Positions 42,107-52,554 of a DNA stretch of 64,000 bases are shown here, piece by piece. Source of the DNA: an uncultured Planctomycetales bacterium (GTDB taxonomy: Bacteria > Omnitrophota > Gorgyraeia > Gygaellales > Profunditerraquicolaceae). Position numbers and translations under genes: made by a program. Position 1 is the stretch's first letter. Each line of letters starts with the position of its first letter. The stretch is taken from the NCBI GenBank assembly GCA_964487475.1, contig CAZAPM010000002.1:62001-126000 (forward strand), given 5' to 3'. Under the pieces are notes generated by a model. It had not been told where the DNA came from, searched no databases, and saw only the letters and a list, made by a program, of their open reading frames with translations.

Positions 42107-44775
42107 GCGCGTCCCTGCTTGAATTTCGCGATGTGTGGGAGAAATACCGGATACGTTTCATGCGCAAAGGACGTGCGCATTGGGAGGAGTATTGGGCCCT
42201 GCAGGGGGTGGATCTGTCCATAGCGGCCGGTGAGGCCGTGGGGATCGTCGGCGCAAATGGTTCGGGGAAATCCACCTTGCTTAAGCTCGCCGCGGGTTTA
42301 TTGTCCCCTGACCGGGGAGTGGTGACCGTGCGCGGGAAAGCGGCGGGGCTTTTCGAGTTGGGGGCGGGATTCGAGCCCGAGCTTACCGGCAGGGAGAACG
42401 TTCTGGCTACCGCAGGGCTTTTTGGGGTCGCGAAGGACCGGGTAGGGCGGGCGTGCGAAGAAGTCGAGAAGTTCGCGGAGTTGGGGAAGTTTTTTGATGC
42501 TCCGGTGAAATGCTATTCGGGGGGGATGTTCGTGCGAGTGGCGTTCTCCGTGGCCATGCAGATGTCTCCCGACCTGCTCCTGATAGACGATACGCTGGCG
42601 GTAGGGGACGATTATTTCCAGGGGAAGTGTCTGCGTCAGATAGGCGCGTTGCGGGAACAGGGGAAGGGGATATTGTTCGTCACTCACGATATGAATATGC
42701 TCAAACGCCTTTGTTCCAGGGCGGTGTTTTTGCGGGAAGGGAAAGTGGTGGAGGATGGCGACAGTGACCGGATCGCCGGTCTGTATTCCCTTACTTCCGG
42801 GCAGTCCGGCGCGGTGGGATTGCTCGAGGCGGGAGATCTCGCAGCGGTGTTCAATCGGGGACGGATATACCTCAGGTATGCGGGTTCGTGGGTGACCCTC
42901 GAGCCGGGGATATATGTGCATTTATGTGTAGACGGTACCTGGTATTCTTCATACCAGGGAGATTGGAGCGTGATTGAAGCGGCGGGGGATGTCCTGACGG
43001 CAAGAGGGGATTTTCCTTTCCTCGGCCTGACGCTTGACTGGACGGTACGGGTATCTTCTTCCGAGGGGCTTTCTCTCGATCTGGCGGTGGAGTCGCGCGG
43101 TCCCGGGGCCGTGGAAGAGGCGCAGGTTTTGGTCACGGTGCGGGATTCCTATGTGCGATGGTTCGCGCTTTCCCGTCGCGGGGAATTTCCCGCGCATGGC
43201 GAAAGGGATAAAGAGTGGACACCGGTGTTCTCGAGCCTGGAGCATGTGCCCGAGGTAGGGCTTGCTCCGGCACGGGAAGAAGGCCCTGCGCTGCTCGTGA
43301 TGCAGGAAGGAGCGTCGGGCGCGAACATTTTTAATTCCGAGTACCTTACCGGCGGACGGATCGTACAGTTCAGGATGCTTGGCGGCGCATCCCGTTTCCG
43401 GGGGCGCATCCGCCCCGTCGGGGATATGGAAGCGCATTTTCAGGCGCTCAGAGAAGACCTGGAGTTTTCTCACGGCCGTTCCCTCGTACGCTGGGAGGGG
43501 GGAGGGTTTCAGCTCTCTTACGACGGATTGACGCTGTCCGCACCGTATCATATGACCACGAGGTATCTGCACGAGGGGGTTTGGGCGGCGTCCTATGGCC
43601 GGAATTGGCATGTGGAAAAGCGGGAGGGGATGTTCGTCGCCCGGTGCGTCTGGCCGGGGCTCGGCGTCGAGGAAGAGTGGCGGATCATCCCGCAGCAGTC
43701 GCATTCTTTCCTCTGGGAAGTGTGGTTGAACCTTGCGCGTCCGGTCAGGCTCGAAGAAAGCCATGCCTCGAGCCTCTTTTCTTCCCGTTACTATGCCTGG
43801 AGCGACGGGACGCTCCGGGGGGTGTTTCCTGCGGAGCCGCAGGTCTGTGCGGCGGATGTGGCGGTGCGGTGTTTCCAGCAGCGGCACGTCGGTCTGGAGA
43901 GCCGGGAGGGCGGGTTTGTCCCGGTGTCCCTTTGCGTGACAGGAGAGACGGGAGCGTTCATCAAGGTGTTCAACGGGAATATGCACACTCCCGGCCGGGA
44001 ACTTGTGCAAGTCAAGGTTGACGCAGCGCCTTTGCCCGCAGGCCGGCGCTGTTGTTTCCGCGCGTTGATGTCCCTGGGGTCGGAATGTCCGGTATCGTTC
44101 GCGCCCGCGTATGCGCGTATGGCATCGGGAGAGTGCGTGGTCGAGTTCTCCGCGGGGAAAATCAGGATATTCTGGAGGGGGGAGGAGATCACCCATGGTC
44201 TGGGAGGGTATGCCTCTCTGCGTTACCGGGGCGACTGTTTTGATTCTTCCTCTTCGGCGCAGTGGGAGGTCGTCCGGGCGAACGAGGAAAGCTTCGAGGT
44301 CGTGGGGCGGTGGGACCCGTTGCCCGTGTCCCAGCACTGGAGGGTTCGTTTTGTGCCGGGTGGCACGGCGCAGGCTTGCGCCGTGGGTCTGGAAGTGTCG
44401 ACAGAGTCCTCCCGGGAGGTTCTCTTCGAACAGGTGCAGTGGAATGTGATGCTTTCCGAGAAGTATACGCGGTGGAAGATGGGCCGTGGGGAAGGAACCT
44501 TCCCCGGGTTCAAGCCGAACCTTCCCGAGTCTTGGGAAGTGCTCGGGTCGTTGCGCGGTATCCCCGGTGAAGTGCTGGCGCAGGCCCCGGAGGGCGGTCT
44601 CGCAAAAGTGGCGTACAAGGTGGAGGAATCCTTTCCGGAAGGGGAGCTGCAGGCGGTGAACTCGGATCTTTTTCATCGGGGCAGGATGTTGCAGCTTTCC
44701 TGGAAGGAACAGGTATTGCGTCCGGGGGAAGGCTCTTTGCGGTTCAGGGGGAGGATCGTGGTCGGTGAGGAATAA
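42103..44775 (+). CDS. wzt: Polysaccharide ABC transporter ATPase with long C-terminal repeat extension
   Basis: Walker A GANGSGKST, ELGAGF.PELTGREN, YSGGM, VTHD, then about 650 aa of beta-rich extension. Confidence 0.88.
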   Translation: MSASLLEFRDVWEKYRIRFMRKGRAHWEEYWALQGVDLSIAAGEAVGIVGANGSGKSTLLKLAAGLLSPDRGVVTVRGKAAGLFELGAGFEPELTGRENVLATAGLFGVAKDRVGRACEEVEKFAELGKFFDAPVKCYSGGMFVRVAFSVAMQMSPDLLLIDDTLAVGDDYFQGKCLRQIGALREQGKGILFVTHDMNMLKRLCSRAVFLREGKVVEDGDSDRIAGLYSLTSGQSGAVGLLEAGDLAAVFNRGRIYLRYAGSWVTLEPGIYVHLCVDGTWYSSYQGDWSVIEAAGDVLTARGDFPFLGLTLDWTVRVSSSEGLSLDLAVESRGPGAVEEAQVLVTVRDSYVRWFALSRRGEFPAHGERDKEWTPVFSSLEHVPEVGLAPAREEGPALLVMQEGASGANIFNSEYLTGGRIVQFRMLGGASRFRGRIRPVGDMEAHFQALREDLEFSHGRSLVRWEGGGFQLSYDGLTLSAPYHMTTRYLHEGVWAASYGRNWHVEKREGMFVARCVWPGLGVEEEWRIIPQQSHSFLWEVWLNLARPVRLEESHASSLFSSRYYAWSDGTLRGVFPAEPQVCAADVAVRCFQQRHVGLESREGGFVPVSLCVTGETGAFIKVFNGNMHTPGRELVQVKVDAAPLPAGRRCCFRALMSLGSECPVSFAPAYARMASGECVVEFSAGKIRIFWRGEEITHGLGGYASLRYRGDCFDSSSSAQWEVVRANEESFEVVGRWDPLPVSQHWRVRFVPGGTAQACAVGLEVSTESSREVLFEQVQWNVMLSEKYTRWKMGRGEGTFPGFKPNLPESWEVLGSLRGIPGEVLAQAPEGGLAKVAYKVEESFPEGELQAVNSDLFHRGRMLQLSWKEQVLRPGEGSLRFRGRIVVGEE

Positions 44776-44778
44776 CCG

Positions 44779-46710
44779 GTGACATACGCATTATCGGTAG
44801 TGATCCCTACGTTCCGGAGGCCGCACGCGCTGCGACGGTGCCTGGATTCCTTTCTCCGTCAGGAGGATGCCGGCGGAGCGTTCGAGCTCATCGTGGTGGA
44901 CGATTCTCCGCAGCAGGAGGGGCGGGTTGTGGTGGAAGGGGTTTCGCCGGTCTTGCCTGCCGGAGTGCGCGTGCGTTACCTTACGCAGACGCGGGAAGGG
45001 CCGGCAAAAGCCCGTAACCGGGGCGCGGCGCAGGCGCAGGGGGAGCTCATCGGTTTCGTCGACGACGATTGCGCGGTTGATGCGAAATGGGTCGGCAGGA
45101 TGGTGCGCATGCATCTGGCACATCCTGAGAAAGCGGCGGTGGGGGGCGACACGGTGACCGCATCCTCCCGAACTTCCGTGGAGGTGAGCCAGTTCCTCAG
45201 TACCGGGAGTATCATGATGCAATGGCAGGGCGTACCGGAGGCGGCGTTCTTTCCTACCTGTAACGTGACCTTGAAGCGCGGCGTGATGCAAGAGTCCGTT
45301 TTTGACGAATCCTTCCCCTTCCCTGCGGGAGAGGACCTGGAGTTCTTCTGGAGGCTTTTCAAGGAGGGGCATCGTTTTCTGTGGGACGTTGGCGCAAGGG
45401 TGGTGCACCATCGGGAGGATTCCCTGCGCAGTTTCGTCCATCAGGCGTACTTGTACGGGAGGGGGAATCTGCTGGTGCATCTGCGGCACCCCGATCAGCC
45501 GTTGCTGCGCGAGCTGGATACCCGTCCCGTGCGGTTCTGGATCGCGACGGCGGTGAATTTCCTCAAGATCCCCCGGTTTTGCGTACTGCTGGGGGGACGG
45601 CTTATGCGGTATCGTTCTTTCTCCGGCGTGCGACGCGCCGCCGCAGTGTATGCGTTCCTCGCGTTGCACAAGGTTTTTTACCTTTTCGGCAACATCGCCG
45701 AATACTTCGCGCTTTGCCGCGGCGTCCGCCGCCGGTTTCGTGCGGGGCCTGCGACGGTCCGGCAGGCGATCCTGGACATCTCGCACGAATGTAATCTGCG
45801 GTGCCGCATGTGCGATATCTGGCAGACGGCGGCTGCGGAGCCTCCCATGCCTTTCGATACCGTGGTCAAACTGTTGAGGGAAGCGCACGAGGCGGGTATC
45901 CCCGAGATCGCCCTTTCCGGAGGTGAGCCTTTGCTGCGCAAGGACATCTATCGTATCCTCGGGTTTGCCAAAGAGACGGGGATACGCGCGCTGGGGCTTC
46001 TGACCAACGGGGTGCTGTTGGAGAGGGAGGCTTCCCGGCTGGCCCCGTTCCTTATGGACGGTTCGGTGGTCCCCGTGGTTTCCCTCGATTCCCTCGATCC
46101 CGCGGTGCATAACGCGCTCCGGAATTCTCCGCACGCGCATGCGGCTACGCTTTCCGGGCTGCGCTCGCTTTCGACGCTCAGGAACGCGCATCCGCGTGTC
46201 AGTTTCCACGTTATCACGATCGTGTTCGACCGTAACCTCGAAGAGCTGGCCTCCATCGCGGAATTCGTACGGGCGTTAGGCGCGAGTTCGTTGCAGTTTC
46301 AGGGGCTTCTCGCCAATAACCTGCGGATGGCGGAACGTTCCCGCTCCCCTTTCTGGGTGCAGGCGAGTCGTTATCGGGAATTGGACGCCGCGATGGACGG
46401 GCTCGTACGTTACCGCGAAGCGCATCCGGGGTTCGTCAAGAACTCCGCGGAGAACCTGCGGATGCTCAAGCAGTATTTCCGGGGAGAGGTGTCCTCCACA
46501 GCGGTACGTTGCCGTTCGGCGGAAGATACGGTGCTGGTATCGAACCAGGGCACCTATACGACATGCTTTTCCTGCTATGGGTCGGCGCAGCATGAAACGC
46601 TCGCGCAGGTCCTTTCGGGCAGCAGGATCATACAGGCGCGGGAGAAGGTGAAGCAGTGTGCGTATCCCTGCCTCTTGCCTTGCTTCTGCGATGGGAATTA
46701 TGACCATTAA
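44779..46710 (+). CDS. GT2 glycosyltransferase fused to a radical SAM domain
   Basis: N-terminal VVIPT, VVDD, ARNRG, FVDDD, GED; C-terminal CNLRCRMC, LSGGEP, CAYPCLLPC. Confidence 0.88.
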   Translation: MTYALSVVIPTFRRPHALRRCLDSFLRQEDAGGAFELIVVDDSPQQEGRVVVEGVSPVLPAGVRVRYLTQTREGPAKARNRGAAQAQGELIGFVDDDCAVDAKWVGRMVRMHLAHPEKAAVGGDTVTASSRTSVEVSQFLSTGSIMMQWQGVPEAAFFPTCNVTLKRGVMQESVFDESFPFPAGEDLEFFWRLFKEGHRFLWDVGARVVHHREDSLRSFVHQAYLYGRGNLLVHLRHPDQPLLRELDTRPVRFWIATAVNFLKIPRFCVLLGGRLMRYRSFSGVRRAAAVYAFLALHKVFYLFGNIAEYFALCRGVRRRFRAGPATVRQAILDISHECNLRCRMCDIWQTAAAEPPMPFDTVVKLLREAHEAGIPEIALSGGEPLLRKDIYRILGFAKETGIRALGLLTNGVLLEREASRLAPFLMDGSVVPVVSLDSLDPAVHNALRNSPHAHAATLSGLRSLSTLRNAHPRVSFHVITIVFDRNLEELASIAEFVRALGASSLQFQGLLANNLRMAERSRSPFWVQASRYRELDAAMDGLVRYREAHPGFVKNSAENLRMLKQYFRGEVSSTAVRCRSAEDTVLVSNQGTYTTCFSCYGSAQHETLAQVLSGSRIIQAREKVKQCAYPCLLPCFCDGNYDH

Positions 46711-47818
46711 ACGTCTTGCCGGCCTCGTCGGAAAAAATGTTCTCTTCTGGGCGTCGCGGAGGATCGGCTCTCCGTTGCTGCCCCCGGACGTGCTGCAGAT
46801 CAGCTTTACCTTCGACTGCAACCTTTCCTGCAACATGTGCCGGATGCACGAGCAGAAACGTTTGCTTCAGTCCCGGGGAAGGGCTACGGAGATACCTTCG
46901 CCGACGATACGGAAGGTGATCGATGAGGCCGCGGCCATGGGGGTGAAGGCGGCGATCCTTATCGGAGGGGAGCCGTTGCTCAAGCCCGACCTTTTCTCGC
47001 TGGTGAAGCATGCGCGAGCGCGAGGGATGGGCACGGTGATCGTGACCAACGGAGTGTTGCTTACGCGCGAGCGCATTGCAGAAGCGGCGGAGGCGGGAGT
47101 GGATTGGCTGAGCGTTTCTCTCGATGCCGCCACGGAGGGGACCTTCTCCCGTATCCGCGGGAAGGGCGTCCTTGCCAGGATCACCGCAAACCTCCGGGTC
47201 CTGAAAGACCTGCGCCGGGAAGGTGCCCGGCAGATGCCGCATGTGGTGGCGGTATGTACCATCATGAACGATAACCTCGAGGAACTCGTGCCGCTGGTTG
47301 CCCTTTGCCGTGAATTGGGGGTGGAGCGGGTACTCTTCCAGCCGGTAGTGGCCAACAATATCGATCAGAGTTCGAGGGAGTCGGCGGGCTTCGGTCTCGT
47401 GCCCGAAGAGCGCCTCGCGGTGTTGGATGAGGCGATCGACGGACTTATCGCCTATAAGAAACGTTCGAAAGAATCGTTCGATTATATCGGCAACAGCCTG
47501 CGGTATCTTGCGCTGATAAAACGGTATTTCCGGGGCAGGGTACGGCCGCGGGAATTTCCCTGTTACGCGGGATATAACCGGATGCAGATCGTCCAGGAGG
47601 GAAAAGTGTATTTTTGCGTTCCTCAGAATGCGCAGGAGGCGACGTTCGGGGATGTCGCCGCGGAGCCCTTGCGCGCGCTCTGGTATTCGTCCCGGGCAAA
47701 AGAATATCGCAGGCTCATTACACGATGCGCCGTCCCCTGTTTGCAGTGGTGCGCCACCCGTGATGATTTCGGCGCGCTCGAGGGGGAGTTCCATAAACTC
47801 TTCTTACGCCATGAGTGA
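46700..47818 (+). CDS. Radical SAM protein with C-terminal Cys cluster (SPASM/twitch-like)
   Basis: CNLSCNMC, GGEPL, TNG, SLD, CYAG...C...CAVPCLQWC. Confidence 0.88.
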   Translation: MTIKRLAGLVGKNVLFWASRRIGSPLLPPDVLQISFTFDCNLSCNMCRMHEQKRLLQSRGRATEIPSPTIRKVIDEAAAMGVKAAILIGGEPLLKPDLFSLVKHARARGMGTVIVTNGVLLTRERIAEAAEAGVDWLSVSLDAATEGTFSRIRGKGVLARITANLRVLKDLRREGARQMPHVVAVCTIMNDNLEELVPLVALCRELGVERVLFQPVVANNIDQSSRESAGFGLVPEERLAVLDEAIDGLIAYKKRSKESFDYIGNSLRYLALIKRYFRGRVRPREFPCYAGYNRMQIVQEGKVYFCVPQNAQEATFGDVAAEPLRALWYSSRAKEYRRLITRCAVPCLQWCATRDDFGALEGEFHKLFLRHE

Positions 47819-48530
47819 CCGACAGGATCGTTCGTATTTTGGTGATCTTTTGTTTCCCGAGTGGCATTGCCATTTTCCTTTTTCCGGGATCCCCCTCGAA
47901 GGGGGGCAAGTCCCCGGGCTTTCCGAGCCGAGGATGGAGCAGCTTCTTGCGCGCGTCGATGTCTCCGGGGCGCGGGTACTGGAGTTGGGGAGTCTTGAAG
48001 GGCTGCATGCGCTGATCATGCATGCGCACGGCGCGAAGGAGATCGTTTCCATCGAGGCAAGGAAGGAAAGCTTTTTGCGTTGCCTGGTGGTGAAGAATGC
48101 GTTCGCGCTTGCGCGCTGCCGGTTCCTCTGCGGCGATGTGCGGGAGGTGCTGCCGCGGCTCGTTGCGCGCTTCGATCTGTGTCTGGCGGTGGGGATACTC
48201 TATCACCTCGAGGATCCCGCGCCGGTGGTATACCGGATCGGAGAGCTTGCTGACCGGGTGTTCATCTGGACCCATTACGTGCCCGCGGGCAAGGAGCGGG
48301 CGGATGATGCCCGCGTCCGTTGCCGCGGGAAGGAATACCGGGGGAAGATGCAGGGGGAGGATCCGGCACATTACCTTTCCGGTCTCGCGACCCGCTCCTT
48401 ATGGCTGCGGGAAGCGGATTTGATGTCCCTGTTGCAGGATGCGGGATTCCCCCGCATCGAGGTGATCTCCCGCGAGGAGCATGAGCACGGGCCGGCGGTC
48501 ACTCTATTGGCAAGGAGCGAAGGGGTATGA
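47811..48530 (+). CDS. Class I SAM-dependent methyltransferase
   Basis: VLELGSLEG, SIE, FDLCLAVGILYHLEDP. Confidence 0.85.
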   Translation: MSDRQDRSYFGDLLFPEWHCHFPFSGIPLEGGQVPGLSEPRMEQLLARVDVSGARVLELGSLEGLHALIMHAHGAKEIVSIEARKESFLRCLVVKNAFALARCRFLCGDVREVLPRLVARFDLCLAVGILYHLEDPAPVVYRIGELADRVFIWTHYVPAGKERADDARVRCRGKEYRGKMQGEDPAHYLSGLATRSLWLREADLMSLLQDAGFPRIEVISREEHEHGPAVTLLARSEGV

Positions 48531-49699
48531 GCGTTAAGGATGCGCGGCTTGCGGCGCTGCTGGAGAAGTTCTCCCGTGACGCGGCGTTGTATTTCTCGGC
48601 GCGGTTCGACGTGCCTCTGGCCGATCCCTTATGGGTGTTTATCAGCCTCAGCCACGAGTGTACCTACCGCTGCCAGATGTGCGGGGTGGTGCACGTGCTG
48701 AAAGGTCATACTCTTGATCCGGAAGTGGTGCGCAGGGTCTTGACCGGGCTTTCCCGGGGAGCGCATCGGCCGACCGTGGTTTTTACCGGAGGCGAGACTT
48801 TTCTGAGGCCCGAGGTGTTCCCCCTGATCGAGCATGCCGCGTCCCTGGGACTTTCGACCGAGGCAGTATCCAACGGCTCTCTTTTTGACGAGAGTCTCGC
48901 GCGCCGGGTCATCAGCTCGGGGCTTACGAACATCGCGATTTCCCTCGACGGTGCCACGGCAGAAACCCATGACCACATCCGGCAACCGGGAGCGTTCGAA
49001 CAGGCGCTGCGGGCGCTTTCCCTGTTGCGTGACGAGAAGCGCCGCAGGGGGAAAGGGCCGCAGATCTCGGTATGGACCACGATCATGAAGGAGAATGTCA
49101 GGGAGCTTGTTTCGATCGTTCCCTTGGCGAAAGACCATGGCGCGGAATGCCTGGTCTTCCATCCGGTGATCGCCGCGCAGGATGATATGCAGCATACCTC
49201 CGCAGACGCGCCCTTCTGGGTGCGGGGAAAGCTTTTGCAGGAACTCTCCCGTCAGATCGACGAGCTCGTCGCGTACCAGAAACGGCACGGGTTCATCGCG
49301 TTCCTGCACGATCCGTATTTATGGCTGAGGTATTTTGACGGCACCCTTTCCCCGGCGCAATGGCGGTGTAATCCGTTCGTATTCCTCAATATCGGGCCGG
49401 ATGCGCAGGTACGCAGCTGCGGGGCTTCTTTCGGGAGCGTCAGCTCCCTTTCCCTGGAGGAGTGCCTGCGTACTCCCGAAGCGGACCGTGCGCGAAAGGC
49501 CATGAAGCGTTGTGCGACCCCGTGCCTGCAGACGTGCTGGGCGAACCCCGATTCCGATTCTCTCGAAAAGGCGGTGGAGGTATTCGTCGAGGGGGTGGGG
49601 CGTTCTGGCGCGGCCGGGCCCGAAAAGAAGGCGGCGCTTGTCGAGGCACAGCGGATCTTGGCGAGATACGAGCGTTACTGCGAGGAGAAAAAACGTTGA
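48527..49699 (+). CDS. Radical SAM protein with C-terminal Cys cluster
   Basis: CTYRCQMC, TGGE, SNG, SLDG, C...C...CATPCLQTC. Confidence 0.88.
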   Translation: MSVKDARLAALLEKFSRDAALYFSARFDVPLADPLWVFISLSHECTYRCQMCGVVHVLKGHTLDPEVVRRVLTGLSRGAHRPTVVFTGGETFLRPEVFPLIEHAASLGLSTEAVSNGSLFDESLARRVISSGLTNIAISLDGATAETHDHIRQPGAFEQALRALSLLRDEKRRRGKGPQISVWTTIMKENVRELVSIVPLAKDHGAECLVFHPVIAAQDDMQHTSADAPFWVRGKLLQELSRQIDELVAYQKRHGFIAFLHDPYLWLRYFDGTLSPAQWRCNPFVFLNIGPDAQVRSCGASFGSVSSLSLEECLRTPEADRARKAMKRCATPCLQTCWANPDSDSLEKAVEVFVEGVGRSGAAGPEKKAALVEAQRILARYERYCEEKKR

Positions 49700-50949
49700 T
49701 CAGAGAGGTAAGCATCGCACTTACGAACCGATGCACCATGCGCTGTCTCATGTGCGAGATCCCCGCGGGAGCGGCGGATGAGCTTTCTTCCGCCGATGTG
49801 AAGAAGGCGATCTCGGACGCTGCCGCATTGGGCGCGGGGACCGTGGTCCTGTGCGGGGGAGAGCCCTTGCTGCGGGAGGACCTGGTGGATTTGGTAGCGT
49901 TTGGCGCAGGACATGGCCTGGGGATGTGCCTTACGACGAACGGAACGCTCCTCGATGAGAAGATGGCGCAGCGGTTGGCCGCGGCACGGATAAAGGTAGT
50001 GAATGTTTCTCTGGAAGGAAAAAAGGAGACGCATGAGCTGCTGCGCGCGGCCGGGTCGTTCGACAAGGCTATCCAGGCGTTGGAGTGCCTCCGCCGGGCA
50101 AACGTTGAATCGACCGTAGCCTGCACGGTCTCCCGGTATAATTTCCGGGAATTGTGCGCGGTGGTCGAGATGGCAAAGAAGCACGGAGCGACTACGGTGT
50201 TGTTTCAGCCTTTCAGCACGCTTTTTCTTCGCGACCAGCGCAAGGCGGGAGGGTTTTTCCTTCAGTCCGGCGAGAGGGACGCACTTGCCGAGGAGGTGGA
50301 AAAAGCGATCGTTTTACTGAAGCGGTACGGTTTGGCTTCGAACCCCGCGTCTTACCTTCGGAAGATCCCGGGGTATCTTGCGGGCGAACCTCTCGAAAGG
50401 AAATACGGGTGCGCTTCGCTTTCACAGGCCTGCGCCATCAATGCGCAGGGGGAAGTGTATGCCTGCTGGGTTCTGGGGGGCGAGTCCAGGGGCCTGCTGG
50501 GAAAGATCCCGCAATCGAGACTTAAGGATATCTGGGGAAACGCCGCGCACGAGGGGTTGCGCCTGGAGCTTCTGGTACGGGGATGCGGAGGTTGTCTCAT
50601 GAGTTGTTATCCCGACGCGTTTGATGATCCGGGGATTGTGCGCGCGATATCCCGCGGGGCGACCGGGATATCGGCAGGTGAGTTTTTCCGCAGGGCCTGG
50701 CGCAGGATCTGCCGAGCGAGTGCGGCATTTTCGACGCGCATGGGCATACGGGCGAGATATTACGCCTCATCAACCCGGCCGGGCCGCGTGTGGCGCGCGC
50801 TTGCTGCCCGGATGAAATGCGCGATGCGTACCCGTATCCCCCGGCCGAGAAGATCCGATATCCCGGTATCGGTGCGCGCCCGGGAGGAGCTGTCGCGTAT
50901 ACACGAGGCCGCGCGGAGGTTGCAGAGGGCGATAGACGAGTGCACATAA
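49696..50949 (+). CDS. Radical SAM / SPASM-like protein
   Basis: TTG start after GAGGAG; CTMRCLMC, GGEPL, TNG, GC...GEVYAC...CGGCLMSC. Confidence 0.85.
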   Translation: MIREVSIALTNRCTMRCLMCEIPAGAADELSSADVKKAISDAAALGAGTVVLCGGEPLLREDLVDLVAFGAGHGLGMCLTTNGTLLDEKMAQRLAAARIKVVNVSLEGKKETHELLRAAGSFDKAIQALECLRRANVESTVACTVSRYNFRELCAVVEMAKKHGATTVLFQPFSTLFLRDQRKAGGFFLQSGERDALAEEVEKAIVLLKRYGLASNPASYLRKIPGYLAGEPLERKYGCASLSQACAINAQGEVYACWVLGGESRGLLGKIPQSRLKDIWGNAAHEGLRLELLVRGCGGCLMSCYPDAFDDPGIVRAISRGATGISAGEFFRRAWRRICRASAAFSTRMGIRARYYASSTRPGRVWRALAARMKCAMRTRIPRPRRSDIPVSVRAREELSRIHEAARRLQRAIDECT

Positions 50950-52220
50950 GAACGAGCGTATATGTCCCTTGTTATAATGCCGCTTCGACCCTGGGGGCCT
51001 GTCTGGAGTCGTTGTGCCGGCAGACCGGGTCTGTCGGGGAGATCGTAGTGGTAGATGACGGCTCGACGGATGAGAGCGCCCGTGTCGCGAAGCGTTTTCC
51101 CGTGACCGTGCTGACGCATGACGGCAACAGGGGGCTGTCGGCTGCCCGTAATACCGCGGTGCAGTACCTGCGAACCGAGTTCATCGCGTCGCTCGACGCG
51201 GACTGTGTCGCTGCGTCTGATTGGCTTGCGCTTCTCGAGGAGGCGATGTCCGATCCCTCGCTGGCCGGTGCGGGGGGTATGGTCGCAGAGTCGGGCGGAA
51301 GAGGGGTTTGCGACCGTTGGCGGGCAGCGCATATGCCGCAGCATTGGGGGAATGATCCCTGTCGTCCGAAGTTCCTTTTCGGCGCCAATACTCTTTTTCG
51401 CAGGAGCGCGCTGTTGGCCGCGGGCCTTTACGATGAGCGGTATACCCGTAATTACGAGGACGTCGACATCAGCCACCGTCTTCTGCGCGCGGGCAGGGAG
51501 CTGTATTATGAGCCGAGAGCCCGGGTGGAACATCTGCGGAGGGATTCCCTGCACTCCCTCCTGTCGACCTATTGGGATTGGCACCGGGTGTTTTATCAGG
51601 AGCAGGGGTTTTACCGGGACGATTCCTTTTTGGTCGAGAAGGTGAAGGATTCCTTCGGCCTGGCGAACCGGGTTTTCGAGGAAGACCTGCGGCAGGGACG
51701 CCGGGAGCTGTGCTATATCGATTTTCTCCTCGGCATGCACCATGTGCTGGAGGATTTGCAGCATTTCCACCGTTTTCCGGAAGGGGCCTATGTGCGGGGA
51801 AGGGGCGATGCGCAGCTGGCGCTCTGGGTATCCTGTTTCGATCTGGTGTACAATTCCGCGGGGGGCCGGCGTACCTTTGTGACGGCGGGGGATATGTGCG
51901 CGCAAAACGCGGCGGCGGCGCTCTTGGCAGGGTTGCAGGATATACGCCGGGTATTCTCCCGCGAGGATGATCTCCGTCGGTTCTGCGAGCATTTGATCTT
52001 TGCATTGTACGGTGTGATCATGCCGCGGTTAGCGTCGCGCTTGGTCAGAGAGGCGTGTTCCAGGGATTGGGCCGCGGTGATATCCCGGCCGCATCTAAGG
52101 CTGCACCAGGTATTTTTGCTGCAGGTAACGGATTCGTTGCGCCGGTGGATCGATCAGCGGGCAGGCGAGGTCCCTCTGATCGAAGCAATAAGTCAACAAG
52201 GAGGATTGTATGGGGATTAG
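50940..52220 (+). CDS. GT2 glycosyltransferase with C-terminal extension
   Basis: VPCYN, VVDDGSTD, ARN, LDAD, YED; GTG start inferred. Confidence 0.85.
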   Translation: MHIRTSVYVPCYNAASTLGACLESLCRQTGSVGEIVVVDDGSTDESARVAKRFPVTVLTHDGNRGLSAARNTAVQYLRTEFIASLDADCVAASDWLALLEEAMSDPSLAGAGGMVAESGGRGVCDRWRAAHMPQHWGNDPCRPKFLFGANTLFRRSALLAAGLYDERYTRNYEDVDISHRLLRAGRELYYEPRARVEHLRRDSLHSLLSTYWDWHRVFYQEQGFYRDDSFLVEKVKDSFGLANRVFEEDLRQGRRELCYIDFLLGMHHVLEDLQHFHRFPEGAYVRGRGDAQLALWVSCFDLVYNSAGGRRTFVTAGDMCAQNAAAALLAGLQDIRRVFSREDDLRRFCEHLIFALYGVIMPRLASRLVREACSRDWAAVISRPHLRLHQVFLLQVTDSLRRWIDQRAGEVPLIEAISQQGGLYGD

Positions 52221-52554
52221 GTCTGTACCTGCCGGCAGGGTGTTGCGGGGGATATCGTGGGGGATCGTCGGCATATCGCTCGCGCAATTCATCGCGGTGT
52301 GCGTGTTGTCGTGGCCGTTCAGCATGCAGGCGTTCATCCCTTCGTTTGTGCTGCTGGTAGCCGGGGGGTTCCTGGCGGCCTTGGCCAGGGCGATTGCGGT
52401 GATCACCGATTGTGTCGTGGACATGCAGGTGAATCTCCATGTTTTAAAGGTAACGGTGGAGCGTAACGGGGAAACGCTGCGGGCGATCGAGCAGGGAGCG
52501 GGGACGCTGCGGGGATTTTTCGAGAGGATCGAGCGGCATCTTGACCTGCGATGA
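52210..52554 (+). CDS. Small two-TM membrane protein with coiled-coil tail
   Basis: Overlaps both neighbours like an operon gene; AGGAGG RBS; two hydrophobic segments. Confidence 0.6.
   Translation: MGIRSVPAGRVLRGISWGIVGISLAQFIAVCVLSWPFSMQAFIPSFVLLVAGGFLAALARAIAVITDCVVDMQVNLHVLKVTVERNGETLRAIEQGAGTLRGFFERIERHLDLR

Noticed and set aside
44779..50949. RiPP cluster interpretation of the rSAM/SPASM genes
   Set aside because: No precursor peptide, RRE/PqqD domain or peptidase is evident; the context is glycosyltransferases and Wzm/Wzt.
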